DNA from: Escherichia phage vB_EcoM_IME537
DNA: 64,000 bases
Reading direction: 5' to 3' (one strand)
Sequence record: NC_054921.1
This document shows, in pieces, positions 10,509 to 20,037 of the stretch. Below the pieces are notes generated by a model. The model was not told the origin of the DNA. It ran no database searches and saw only the letters and a list, made by a program, of their open reading frames with translations. Made by a program: the position numbers and the translations under genes. How positions within the stretch are numbered: the stretch's first letter is position 1; each line of letters opens with the position of its first letter.

Positions 10509-10778
10509 TTATCTAAGTAAACAGTATGCTTGGAACACTTTCTCCATCATCTTTTTAAATTCATGAATATCTATGTAATGACTAGTTAAATCAGCATGAT
10601 ATAAAAAGTCTAAAAACTTTTCATGTGTGCTAACATATTCGCTTTCATTTAATTCAGAAACATGGCTTTCCCAATATCCAACACCAGTCTTATTTGGGAA
10701 AAATGAAATTTTCATATATTGGTCAACATAGAAAATTCCATAATTTTCAATAGTAATAGAAATATTAATAAATTTCAT
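10509..10778 (-). CDS. hypothetical protein
   Basis: 89-aa ORF, ATG start. Confidence 0.45.
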   Translation of the reverse strand: MKFINISITIENYGIFYVDQYMKISFFPNKTGVGYWESHVSELNESEYVSTHEKFLDFLYHADLTSHYIDIHEFKKMMEKVFQAYCLLR

Positions 10779-10990
10779 ACATTCATCAACTTAGCCGCTT
10801 CAAGAGCTGCATCTAGTGAATCAAATTGGTCAACATATTCAATCAGTTTACCGTAATTGGCATATAACCACCATTGGCTAAATTCATACTCAAGGATGAA
10901 TCCGTTTCCTTCAATTTGAGTTAAACCAATGCCGTTTGTATTTACTTCATATCCGGCAAGACGTAAATCGTTAATAAGAGCTTCGTTCAT
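10775..10990 (-). CDS. hypothetical protein
   Basis: 71-aa ORF; ATGA overlap with the downstream gene. Confidence 0.45.
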   Translation of the reverse strand: MNEALINDLRLAGYEVNTNGIGLTQIEGNGFILEYEFSQWWLYANYGKLIEYVDQFDSLDAALEAAKLMNV

Positions 10991-10992
10991 AA

Positions 10993-11319
10993 TTATGCCT
11001 TAGTAATTTTCAGGTCAGCAAATTTTTTCTTGCGTTGATTTTTCATACGACGAATAGTTTTATCAGAAATTTCATGCTTTTGATAAGCTTTAGATTCTAC
11101 ACCAAAAGCTTTAACATCAAATTCTGACAAGATATATTGAACCATCAATTCACGGACAGTATTTCGTCCAATCTTCTGATCATTCTGTTTCATCGTCTGA
11201 TGAAGCTCTTTTTCCCATTTATCCAAAATTTGAGGAGTTACAATATCGCCTTTTTCTAGCAGAGAAACTACTTTATCATATGCATAAGAATTGATAGCGT
11301 TTTTAATTTGAATAGTCAT
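10993..11319 (-). CDS. hypothetical protein
   Basis: 108-aa ORF, ATG start. Confidence 0.5.
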   Translation of the reverse strand: MTIQIKNAINSYAYDKVVSLLEKGDIVTPQILDKWEKELHQTMKQNDQKIGRNTVRELMVQYILSEFDVKAFGVESKAYQKHEISDKTIRRMKNQRKKKFADLKITKA

Positions 11320-11357
11320 ACATTATCCTCAATTGCATTAAAATTTTATTATCCAAA

Positions 11358-11373
11358 AAGGGCCGAAGCCCTT
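11358..11373 (-). other. C(UUCG)G hairpin followed by U-rich tract
   Basis: AAGGGCCGAAGCCCTT. Confidence 0.4.
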
Positions 11374-11572
11374 ATTTAAATTGTTTGGCACCCTTCCAGC
11401 CTTCGTACATCATTGCGGCTGATATTAATATTGCCCCTGAACAGCTTGAATATTTGTGATTCCAAAACCAGTTCAGAAAAACTTCGTCATCAATACCTTG
11501 GGCTATCATATTTTCAAAGAACTGACGACGAGCTTCGGCAATTCGTTGTGATAATTTAGATTCAGGATTCAT
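11372..11572 (-). CDS. hypothetical protein
   Basis: 66-aa ORF, ATG start. Confidence 0.45.
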   Translation of the reverse strand: MNPESKLSQRIAEARRQFFENMIAQGIDDEVFLNWFWNHKYSSCSGAILISAAMMYEGWKGAKQFK

Positions 11573-11704
11573 TTAAATTTTCCAGTTACCATTTTCATCA
11601 ATGAATTTAATCCAGTCATTTACTGACCACTTGGTCGTATCGCCTTTTGGAGCAACATTTAAAGTGTATAATCCTTGTTTAAAAAGCATTCGTTTGATAT
11701 TCAT
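11573..11704 (-). CDS. small hypothetical protein
   Basis: 43 aa from ATG 11704 with SD GAGGA; the longer track ORF starts at a TTG. Confidence 0.35.
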   Translation of the reverse strand: MNIKRMLFKQGLYTLNVAPKGDTTKWSVNDWIKFIDENGNWKI

Positions 11705-11711
11705 ATTTTCC

Positions 11712-12005
11712 TCAGCTATAACGATAACACTCGTTTGATTTGCGCTTAGCAACTCGTTGAGAAGTATTGTAATCAAAATCGTCATCAATGTAAACTGATT
11801 TTTTCAACTTTCTTACTTCACTGCGTAATTGACGATTTAGCTCATCTTTAACTTCTGAATCAATGCCTTTCATTCTACGCCATTTATCTGAGCGAAAAAT
11901 GTTTTCAACCATATCTTTATGACTTACACCATCAGGAGCTTTACGCTTTCCGAAATAGTCATAATCACGTACTTTTAAATCTTTACGACGATACGTTTTA
12001 CCCAT
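11712..12005 (-). CDS. hypothetical basic protein
   Basis: 97 aa from ATG 12005 (track start 12050 is GTG). Confidence 0.45.
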   Translation of the reverse strand: MGKTYRRKDLKVRDYDYFGKRKAPDGVSHKDMVENIFRSDKWRRMKGIDSEVKDELNRQLRSEVRKLKKSVYIDDDFDYNTSQRVAKRKSNECYRYS

Positions 12006-12180
12006 GGAGTTTAATTTCCTTAGCAACTGAACTAAATACAGCACGGTCACAAATCATCTGTTTATGTAACTTAAGTATAAGATAATAAACTTCAAAACCG
12101 TTTACGTAAGTAACACGAACAACATTACCATTAATAAAATAATATTGTCCCTTTTTAATTTCTTTATCAACCACAACCAT
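11998..12180 (-). CDS. hypothetical protein
   Basis: 60-aa ORF; early promoter immediately upstream. Confidence 0.4.
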   Translation of the reverse strand: MVVVDKEIKKGQYYFINGNVVRVTYVNGFEVYYLILKLHKQMICDRAVFSSVAKEIKLHG

Positions 12181-12210
12181 ATCAAATCCTCAAAGGCAAT
12201 TCATATGTTA

Positions 12211-12240
12211 ATAATACCATAGTTTGAACTTCTTGTAAAC
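12211..12240 (-). promoter_or_regulatory. sigma70-type early promoter (-35 GTTTACA, 17-nt spacer, -10 TATTAT)
   Basis: reverse complement reads GTTTACA-N17-TATTAT. Confidence 0.5.
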
Positions 12241-12318
12241 AACTTTGTGAAAACTATTTTAGGGAATGATAAGAAGGGAACGATAGCTTAGAATGGTAAT
12301 ATACAGAATGTGAGAAAG

Positions 12319-12336
12319 AAAGGCCCAGAGGGCCCG
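12319..12336 (-). terminator. hairpin plus U-tract downstream of the glutaredoxin gene
   Basis: GGCCCAGAGGGCC; transcript reads GGGCCCUCUGGGCC then UUUCUUUCUC. Confidence 0.4.
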
Positions 12337-12338
12337 TC

Positions 12339-12632
12339 TTAGTCTTCTATGATATCTCTATCATATCCAAGTGAAATGAGAGTTTCTTTGAAGTGTTTAA
12401 TGTTCTTTTGTCTAGAATCATTGATGAAAATGACTGGATAACGAATGTTAAGAGATGTGAATCCAGCGCGTTTAGCAAGAGATACAATCAGCGGACGATC
12501 ATACTCAATCTTACCATTATTTGTAAGAACTTTATAGAAAGTAAAAGGAGCATTGAGCTCCTTTAGAAGTTTTGTAACTGATTGACATCCAGGACAACGA
12601 CCTACTTCATCTGGAATTCCATAGACTTCAAT
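12339..12632 (-). CDS. nrdH: glutaredoxin/NrdH-like redoxin; start codon uncertain
   Basis: CPGC redox motif; no in-frame ATG after the upstream gene's stop; feature drawn from the ATT codon just after that stop. Confidence 0.5.
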   Translation of the reverse strand: MEVYGIPDEVGRCPGCQSVTKLLKELNAPFTFYKVLTNNGKIEYDRPLIVSLAKRAGFTSLNIRYPVIFINDSRQKNIKHFKETLISLGYDRDIIED

Positions 12633-12633
12633 C

Positions 12634-12945
12634 TTATTCTTTAAGTTCGAGTTTTGTTCCACGAGAAATAATTCCTTGATAAGCCCAGTATGGCGGGTTA
12701 ACAGAATCATCGCCAGAATTTTCTTCAGGAAAATAAACCTGGATAACAAATCCAGATGCATCAAAGGTAAAATAAACCGTAGGTAATTCACCTAACAATT
12801 CAGCACGGTTATTAATTTCTTCGAGTTCTCGTTCTCGTCCAGCCCAAAAACTAGGATTTAGATTACATTCATAGAAATAATAGTCATTACCGAACATATC
12901 AAAACCCTTCCAACTCTCTACCACATACCGCTCAAAACTAATCAT
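12634..12945 (-). CDS. hypothetical protein
   Basis: 103-aa ORF, ATG start. Confidence 0.5.
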   Translation of the reverse strand: MISFERYVVESWKGFDMFGNDYYFYECNLNPSFWAGRERELEEINNRAELLGELPTVYFTFDASGFVIQVYFPEENSGDDSVNPPYWAYQGIISRGTKLELKE

Positions 12946-12947
12946 AA

Positions 12948-13163
12948 TTAAGCCTTTTTATCAAGAACAGCATTCAGTTTGTTAGTAATTTTATCCAGAC
13001 GCTCATTGAACTCGCTAGAAGACAGTCCTTTTTCTGGAGAAATTAAGCTAATCACGAAAAATATAGCAATAAAAGGAATAAGAAAAATAGCACCAACTGC
13101 CATAAACAAAAAGAACGTCACAGTTGTAAGAAAATCAGCTAAACCTTTACGAAATTTATACAT
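12948..13163 (-). CDS. small membrane protein
   Basis: 71 aa from ATG 13163 with SD AAGGG; hydrophobic core. Confidence 0.45.
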   Translation of the reverse strand: MYKFRKGLADFLTTVTFFLFMAVGAIFLIPFIAIFFVISLISPEKGLSSSEFNERLDKITNKLNAVLDKKA

Positions 13164-13277
13164 ATTTACCCTTAATTTATTAACCAAGCATTGATAAGTA
13201 CTAAACTATACTGCGAATAAAATTCTGGACCAAAATGAAAAATCATATCATTTATAGTATCAATAATATAATTCAGT

Positions 13278-13748
13278 TTAATCATGTTTCCACACCCCAT
13301 CGGTATTTGACCAAAGCCGCTGATTATCTGAACCTCGCCACAGCTTTTTGGTCGGAAGATTTTTCTCATACTTCCCATCAATAATAACATCAACATATTT
13401 AAGCATTTCTAGTTGTTTAATATCTTCAAACTTATATCCTGTCCACAACCAAATGCTTTTATTCGGATAAAGATTTTTTACCGTTTGAACAATGCAATGA
13501 ACATCATCTCGGTTATCAGGATAAAGAGGGTCTCCTCCAGTTATAGTTAATCCTTCTATATAATCATTATTCAAACATTCAATTAATTGTTCTAGTGTTT
13601 CACCAGTGAATGGAACGCCATTTCTAGCATTCCATGTTGATTTATTATAACACCCTTCACATTTATGCAAACACCCCGTAACGAAAAGAACGACCCTGCA
13701 TCCAGGGCCATTTACAAAATCGCAGGGATAAAATCTATCGTAATTCAT
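13278..13748 (-). CDS. nrdG: anaerobic ribonucleotide reductase activating protein NrdG (radical SAM)
   Basis: 156 aa; CxxxCxxC-type cluster (CLHKCEGC). Confidence 0.9.
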   Translation of the reverse strand: MNYDRFYPCDFVNGPGCRVVLFVTGCLHKCEGCYNKSTWNARNGVPFTGETLEQLIECLNNDYIEGLTITGGDPLYPDNRDDVHCIVQTVKNLYPNKSIWLWTGYKFEDIKQLEMLKYVDVIIDGKYEKNLPTKKLWRGSDNQRLWSNTDGVWKHD

Positions 13749-15024
13749 TGGTGTTTAACCCTATGCATGATTTCTTTATTTTTGCCGAGATTAAATCCGC
13801 GTTCATTCGGATTTCCCAAATAACCACAAGTTCTTCTTATTGTGTTCATCTTTTTAGGATCAGTTTCTCCACAAACAGAACAAACAAATCCGTTTTCAGT
13901 AGGAGTCATTTCATGGGTACTTCCGCATGTAAAACATTTATCTACTGGCATATTAACACCAAAATAATCTAAATGTTGTGCAGCATAATCCCATACAGCC
14001 TCAAGACCTTTTAGGTTATTTTTCATATCAGGAAGTTCAACATAAGAAATGTGACCACCTGTCGCAATGAAATGATATGGGGCTTCGCGAGAAATCTTTT
14101 CAAACGGAGTAATATTTTCTTCTACTGAAACGTGGAAACTGTTAGTGTACCAGCCTTTATCAGTAACATCCTTTACACTTCCATATTTTTCGGTATCAAG
14201 TTTACAGAAGCGATAGCACAGGTTTTCAGCAGGTGTAGAATACAAACTAAAAGCAAAACCGGTTCTTTCAGTCCACTGCTTAAGATGAGCATTCATTTTA
14301 GTTAAAATTTCTTGTCCAATATCACGACCGACAAGAATATTCAATTCGTGAATACCAATGTATCCTAAGGACACTGAACTTCTACCGTTTTTAAATAACT
14401 CAATTATATCGTCATCAGGTTTAAGACGAACCCCGAATGCGCCTTCTTGGTAAAGAATAGGAGCAACAGTAGCTTTAACTCCTTTTAAGGAACTAATTCT
14501 ACACATCAATGCTTCAAAACATAAATCCATTCGCTCATTGAACAATTCGGCAAATTTCTGTTCATTGAACTGTGTTCCAATATAAGAATCTAACGCAATG
14601 CGAGGAAGATTCAGTGTTACAACACCAAGATTATTACGTCCATCAAGAATTTCATTACCAGTCGAATCTTTCCATACACTCAAGAAACTACGACAACCCA
14701 TTGGAGAAACAGGAATAGATGAACCGGTGATAGCTTTATTGTTCTTAGCCGAAATGATGTCAGGATACATTCTTTTGCTTGCACACTCTAGAGCAAGCTG
14801 CTTAATATCATAGTTCGGATCGTCTTTATAAAGATTAACACCTTCTTCAACGAACATAACAAGTTTAGGGAAAATAGGAGTTATCCCATCACGACCGAGA
14901 CCTTTAATACGATTTTTCAGAATTGCTTTCTGAATCATTCGTTCAGTCCAGTCAGTTCCCGTGCCAAATGTAATTGTTACAAAAGGCGTTTGTCCATTAG
15001 AGCTGAAAAGTGTATTTACTTCAT
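13745..15024 (-). CDS. nrdD: anaerobic ribonucleoside-triphosphate reductase NrdD, exon 2
   Basis: open frame continues upstream of the track start; predicted 3' splice site after G at 15025; C-terminal glycyl-radical region. Confidence 0.8.
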
Positions 15025-16069
15025 CATTATATTCAGCATGAGTCGCAAATTCATGCCCGTTTATATGAAACAACAAAATTTGGATAGTCCATAGATATGC
15101 AACGTTCTTTTATAGTGCTAGGATGAAAATTTAGCGCTTTAGCTGCTTCTATATAAGACGTATACTTAATACCGTCAACAACCACATATTCAGGAACTTT
15201 ATGAATAGTAGTCTTAATACTCAAAACAAGAGGATGAGTTTCGACTTCACTTTCAGTGCAATTTAAATATTCCGCTGCTTTTTTAAAACTTCTAAAAGTT
15301 TTATTTTTAAGCTTTATCGATACTTGTTTTTTACTTTTTCGACTATTGATATTATTTTGCACATGTTCCTTAGATCTTCCGTTTTTAGCATAATATTCAG
15401 CTACAGAAGATTTTATATTGTTTTTATGAGATTCGGATAACACTTTACCCTTATGAGCATCTCTTAATTTTTGAATATGTTCTTCAGTATCCGGATGCTT
15501 ATAAAACTTTTTACCGCCTATGGATTTATTTAAACATTTTTTGCTATAAAAATATTTACGTATGACCTCTTCTTCATGTTTTAATGCATCTTTATAACTA
15601 TCAAATGTTTTTAAAATTATCCATTTAGTAGGTGTATCAGTTTTTAAGCGTTCATTTATATACTTAGATGACGTTGTGTAAGTTTTCCAGTTTGTGGGCT
15701 TGTTTTTAATTGTTCTAAATTTTTTATAACCGATATAAATGTCGCCATTAGAAAACTTAACTAAGTATGTAAATGCGTCTTTATCTTTTATTTTAGTACA
15801 ACGTCTTTTTATCCATTTCATTGTTTCACCTCGTATTCATAAGATAATCTTATTTATACAAGATGACTGCTGCATGTCGCCATGCAGATTAGACTATATC
15901 TTCATCTTTCGATGCCGGCCGTTTCGAATAGCATTAGCTTCTATTCTACACCGCTACATTCATCACGGTTAGTCGTTAGGCATTTAGTTCAAAAGAACAT
16001 TTAGCACGGGATTGTCTACTAGAGAGGTTCCCCGTTTAGACCGGTTTTACATGAGCCTGAATTAAATTA
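15025..16069 (-). mobile_element. group I self-splicing intron in nrdD carrying a homing endonuclease ORF
   Basis: splits nrdD; exon 1 ends in U, intron ends in G; contains I-TevII-like ORF. Confidence 0.8.
15051..15821 (-). CDS. I-TevII: intron-encoded GIY-YIG homing endonuclease (I-TevII-like)
   Basis: 256-aa ORF with its own SD GAGGTGA; N-terminal GIY-YIG-type motifs (DIYIGYKK). Confidence 0.8.
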   Translation of the reverse strand: MKWIKRRCTKIKDKDAFTYLVKFSNGDIYIGYKKFRTIKNKPTNWKTYTTSSKYINERLKTDTPTKWIILKTFDSYKDALKHEEEVIRKYFYSKKCLNKSIGGKKFYKHPDTEEHIQKLRDAHKGKVLSESHKNNIKSSVAEYYAKNGRSKEHVQNNINSRKSKKQVSIKLKNKTFRSFKKAAEYLNCTESEVETHPLVLSIKTTIHKVPEYVVVDGIKYTSYIEAAKALNFHPSTIKERCISMDYPNFVVSYKRA

Positions 16070-16607
16070 ACTCATAAGCTTGGAATGCATCGTATACGTC
16101 TTTTTCTGTTTTAGATTGGGCATAATTCAATGCATCAGCGATTTGCCATTTTTCTGCATCCTCAATATGTTTTGCATAGGTGCGTTTAACATAAGGAGAA
16201 AGTACTTTATCTACATTCGCAAAAGTCGTTCCGCCATATTGATGAGAAGCAACCTGCGCAGTAATTTGTGCCATAATTGCAGTAGCAACGCCAATTGATT
16301 TAGGAGTTTCAATCTGCGCATTACCAAGCTTAAATCCGTTCTCAAGCATTCCTTTTAAATCTACTAAACAACAATTAGTAAATGGAAGAGCAGGGGAATA
16401 ATCAATATCGTGGAAATGGATAATTCCGCTTTCATGCGCTTTCATAATAAAAGACGGGACCATATTTTTGGCAATGTGTTTAGACACAATACCAGCCATA
16501 AGGTCCCGTTGAGTTGGAAAAACACGAGAATCTTTATTAGCATTCTCGTTTAAAAGGTCTTTATTAGTTTTATGAATCAATCCTTCAATTTCTTTTTCAA
16601 TTGTCAT
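16070..16607 (-). CDS. nrdD: anaerobic ribonucleoside-triphosphate reductase NrdD, exon 1
   Basis: ATG 16607; joined with exon 2 gives 605 aa across junction AYE|YEVNTL. Confidence 0.8.
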
Positions 16608-17077
16608 TTTAAACTCTTTCTAAGCTGCTTCTTAAATGAAGCTATTAATTGTGTTTTGGTGTCAGATTCATTATATTCAAATCCTCTTTGAAGCATCTCA
16701 GCTATCATTTCCTCTTTTCCTAAACGAGAAAATTCCTTTGATTTATCTCCAACAAAGTTAGGGTGAATATTATTTTGGGTGTAATCGGATTTTAAATAAG
16801 TAAGTAAATTTTCTAACCATTCAAGATAATCAACGCCTTGTCCCTTTAAGCCAGAACGATTAAATTTGTGCTTCATTTGACCTTCCGCAGCATTGCAGAG
16901 ATTACAGAGCAATCCACGTACCTTTCCTGCTTTTGGTCCATTTAATTCATGGTCATGGTCAAGGTGATTAGCTTGAACATCAGGATTTAGTTCTCGTTGG
17001 CAAATTAAGCATTTACCGTTTTGTGCATTATAAAATTTTTGTTTTTCTTCTTTGTATAATTTGCCAGTCAATAACAT
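16604..17077 (-). CDS. 49: endonuclease VII (Holliday junction resolvase) gp49
   Basis: 157 aa; sequence as remembered for T4 endo VII (zinc-binding CxxC motifs). Confidence 0.92.
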   Translation of the reverse strand: MLLTGKLYKEEKQKFYNAQNGKCLICQRELNPDVQANHLDHDHELNGPKAGKVRGLLCNLCNAAEGQMKHKFNRSGLKGQGVDYLEWLENLLTYLKSDYTQNNIHPNFVGDKSKEFSRLGKEEMIAEMLQRGFEYNESDTKTQLIASFKKQLRKSLK

Positions 17078-17119
17078 AATAAAACCCTTACCTTGAATAG
17101 ATAAGGGTATTTATTATTT
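17078..17119 (-). terminator. hairpin plus U-tract downstream of the small ORF
   Basis: transcript reads CCCUUAUCUAUUCAAGGUAAGGG then UUUUAU. Confidence 0.35.
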
Positions 17120-17296
17120 TCAAGTATTGTAAAACATTCGATGCAATCGCTTATATTGTCGAATCATCTTTTTAGTAGGACGAGAATAAGTTCCTACACA
17201 AGTGGTCATATTAGGGTCAGTAGGACTTCCTTTAATAAAAAGTTTCCAGACTTTACCACCATTTAGCTTTTCAGTATAAATCAATTCAGTTTTCAT
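17120..17296 (-). CDS. small hypothetical protein, translationally coupled to the upstream gene
   Basis: 58-aa ORF MKTELIYTEKLNGGKVWKLF...; TAATG overlap; below the track cutoff. Confidence 0.35.
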   Translation of the reverse strand: MKTELIYTEKLNGGKVWKLFIKGSPTDPNMTTCVGTYSRPTKKMIRQYKRLHRMFYNT

Positions 17297-17742
17297 TAGA
17301 ATGGCCTATCAGAAAAAGAAATTTGAGTTTCAAGCCATTCAATATATTCTGCCGCAGCTTGCATCAAATTTCCTTCATAACCATCGTTGTTTTCTTGCGC
17401 AGCTAATTTAGCTAATGCATATGAAATGCGTTCACCCTGAAAAGCGGCTTTAGGTTTATGAATAGCTTGATCAACTCGTTCTACAACTTCTTCAATTTCG
17501 CCATTTTCTACTGATTCAGTATTCCACAAGCACCAATACGTAATTGGCTTATCATAGATGTTAATAACCTTTCCGTCAGAAAGTTCAATTTCAATAATTC
17601 CAGTATCAGGTTCTATGTCATCTTCACATTCTTTTACAAGTTCACGAACTTTAAAGACAGTACCTGCACTAAGTTCCGGCCAGTAATTACACAGCCCCTT
17701 ATCAGCACGATTAATTCTAAACCACTTATCTACTGTAATCAT
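17296..17742 (-). CDS. pin: hypothetical protein; possible Pin (host Lon protease inhibitor) by synteny only
   Basis: 148 aa from ATG 17742 with SD GGAGA; sits next to gene 49 as pin does in T4. Confidence 0.4.
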   Translation of the reverse strand: MITVDKWFRINRADKGLCNYWPELSAGTVFKVRELVKECEDDIEPDTGIIEIELSDGKVINIYDKPITYWCLWNTESVENGEIEEVVERVDQAIHKPKAAFQGERISYALAKLAAQENNDGYEGNLMQAAAEYIEWLETQISFSDRPF

Positions 17743-17864
17743 GTCCCATCTCCATATCAATTATGTCATTTATTGTAGGTTCATTATATACTGTTTCTTC
17801 ATCAGTGTAAACCGGTTCTTCCGGCTCTGGCTCTACAGTTTCCCATCTAACCGCCCACCAAGGT

Positions 17865-18035
17865 TTAACCCCGAAGCTTATTAAGTTCTTCATAATCAAT
17901 CCAGGATTCTAGTCCTGATGGCAAATCATATTCAATTTCCCAAAGAAGTTCTTCAATTTTCTGAAGACGATCTAATTCTTCAGCTGGAATAGTAACCATT
18001 GACGGAGTTCTTGATACATTAATATCGTAAATCAT
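17865..18035 (-). CDS. small hypothetical protein
   Basis: 56 aa from ATG 18035 with SD GGGGTAA. Confidence 0.35.
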   Translation of the reverse strand: MIYDINVSRTPSMVTIPAEELDRLQKIEELLWEIEYDLPSGLESWIDYEELNKLRG

Positions 18036-18037
18036 AT

Positions 18038-18253
18038 TTACCCCAGTTTGACCATACAATCGCCGTATTTCCATTTAGAAATAGACTTTTCACCGTTAGA
18101 ATAATAAACTTCGAGTTTAGCACGGTTATTTTTAATTTGAATAATCTTTGCTGTCATCAAAGTTCCATATCCATAATAAACTGCAACTTCATCACCTACA
18201 TATACCGCGCTTCCGCGGTAGTCATGGATATAATCAGTTCCTTCGAGCATCAT
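18038..18253 (-). CDS. hypothetical protein
   Basis: 71-aa ORF, ATG start. Confidence 0.45.
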   Translation of the reverse strand: MMLEGTDYIHDYRGSAVYVGDEVAVYYGYGTLMTAKIIQIKNNRAKLEVYYSNGEKSISKWKYGDCMVKLG

Positions 18254-18513
18254 TTGAAGTATTCCCGCAATTGGTCAAATCCACCAATATGACTTCCATC
18301 AGGAGCAAATACCTGAGGCATCGTCAATCCGATTTGAGTATCACGACCTAGTTTAGTCAGAAGCTCAGCAATTTTCTCATCATCAAAAACACCTTTTTCC
18401 GGCATAATGTTGATAAATTCAAACGGCTGTTTCTTCACGGTCAAAAGACGTTTTGCATTATCACAATACACGCATTTATGAATGTTGCTATCATAACCAT
18501 ATACTTTAAACAT
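18250..18513 (-). CDS. nrdC: thioredoxin/glutaredoxin NrdC
   Basis: 87 aa; CVYC redox motif; matches remembered T4 NrdC. Confidence 0.92.
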   Translation of the reverse strand: MFKVYGYDSNIHKCVYCDNAKRLLTVKKQPFEFINIMPEKGVFDDEKIAELLTKLGRDTQIGLTMPQVFAPDGSHIGGFDQLREYFK

Positions 18514-18581
18514 ATTATTCCTTAATTCCTAATACTTGTTTAAAAGTCTCGTCGTAATCAAGACTTTGGCCCGTTTGTTCT

Positions 18582-18755
18582 TTATGTTTGTATAATATCA
18601 CTTACTTCTGATAGCATATTTTTATATGAACGAGTTAAAGCTGATTTAAGCACGCTGTATCTATCAGGAAATTTACCATGTTCATTATAATAAGCTATTG
18701 CTAATTCACGGACTGCCTTTTCAGCAGTCTCCATATATTCTTTACGCTTTGTCAT
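18582..18755 (-). CDS. small hypothetical protein
   Basis: 57 aa from ATG 18755. Confidence 0.35.
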
Positions 18756-19059
18756 TTTCTTCTCGGTCAAATCGATGTTTACAATGACGACATTTATATT
18801 CAAGCTCTGGTTTACGCCAGTTAATCAATTGGACCTGTTCAGTACCACATTTTGGGCAGTTCGGAACATTCTTAGAAGCCCTTTCGCGGCGTTCAACCAT
18901 AACCATAATGGCATCCCAAGCAGGAGGTTTAAAGTCTAGATCGTCACAGCCATGAATCTTTCCACGCATTTCTAAATCGTCTTCTTCACCAGCCATAATA
19001 ATTTTAATTAGACTGGAATTACTTGAAGCTGCAATATCTTCTAATAAGCGCTTTTTCAT
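18742..19059 (-). CDS. hypothetical zinc-ribbon protein
   Basis: 105 aa; CPKCG...CRHC. Confidence 0.5.
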
Positions 19060-19985
19060 TTCAATACCTCAATAGCATTACGTAAACCATTTGCTTTGGC
19101 AGTTAAAGCCTTAAGAACTTTAGTATGCTCTTCAATCTGTTTTTCAACTTCAATTAAGCGTGTATTAAGATATTCGCGTTCTTCACTCAGGTTATCAATC
19201 TTTTCTACTTTAGGTTCTTTTACAACTGGCTTATATGTATTAGGGTTCTTCAGTTTAATTAGAATGCGTGAACTGTATAACATTGAACCATTATCTTCGG
19301 TTTCGTCATACATTTCCACTACGTCCATCATCTCCACCATCGTGCAGAGTTTATAAGACAACGAACGAATAGTTTTGTTATGCTTATTAATTTCTCTAGC
19401 TGTCATGGTGCCGAGATTACGTGAGTAATAATAAGGAACCTGGATATTAATTAATACTGATGAACCACCTGGCTTGTGTGTTACTTCATCAGCAATAACC
19501 CAGTCCTTAACATGAACTGTATTTGTACGGTCATCGCCCGCGGTAAATAGTTTACGAGCATGCTTAAAAAGCATATTCACTTGGTCATTGAATTGACAAG
19601 CGAATTTATCAGCAAATTTAGTTTCAGGAATGGTAGATAACCAATCAGCCAAATGGGTCTTTTTAACATCGTTAACAATAGTAAATTCAACCAAATCGGT
19701 TATAGATGTCGCAGATTTAATGAAGCTCGGCTTCATAAAGTTTTTAATGTTATCACTAGCTACAGTAGAAGATAACAGACGAGAACGTTTAAACCATTGA
19801 AGCAAATTGCCTAACGAATGAGAATAAGCGTTTTGAGTATCTTTACAGATATGATTTTCCTGGCCAACATATTGAAAGAAATCACGAAGAATATTATTGA
19901 TTACTGCTCTGTGCCCAATCTGATAATTACGGTGTTTAGTAATAAGACTATCAAAATAATCAATATAATGTTTACGAGTTTTCAT
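19056..19985 (-). CDS. paralog-family protein 1 with C-terminal coiled coil (function unknown)
   Basis: 309 aa; C-terminal heptad-rich tail; related to the next three genes. Confidence 0.6.
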   Translation of the reverse strand: MKTRKHYIDYFDSLITKHRNYQIGHRAVINNILRDFFQYVGQENHICKDTQNAYSHSLGNLLQWFKRSRLLSSTVASDNIKNFMKPSFIKSATSITDLVEFTIVNDVKKTHLADWLSTIPETKFADKFACQFNDQVNMLFKHARKLFTAGDDRTNTVHVKDWVIADEVTHKPGGSSVLINIQVPYYYSRNLGTMTAREINKHNKTIRSLSYKLCTMVEMMDVVEMYDETEDNGSMLYSSRILIKLKNPNTYKPVVKEPKVEKIDNLSEEREYLNTRLIEVEKQIEEHTKVLKALTAKANGLRNAIEVLK

Positions 19986-20037
19986 GTTCTTCTCACTTGG
20001 TTAATGATTTATACTCCGAGCCATCCTTGGCTTTAAA

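Noticed and set aside
11573-11788. Full-length 71-aa version of the ORF starting at 11788
   Set aside because: The track start is TTG and overlaps the upstream gene by 77 nt; an internal ATG at 11704 with a strong Shine-Dalgarno gives a non-overlapping 43-aa product.
13172-13396. 74-aa ORF overlapping the 3' end of nrdG
   Set aside because: Out-of-frame overlap with a conserved gene; its start lies within the coding region of the membrane-protein gene upstream.
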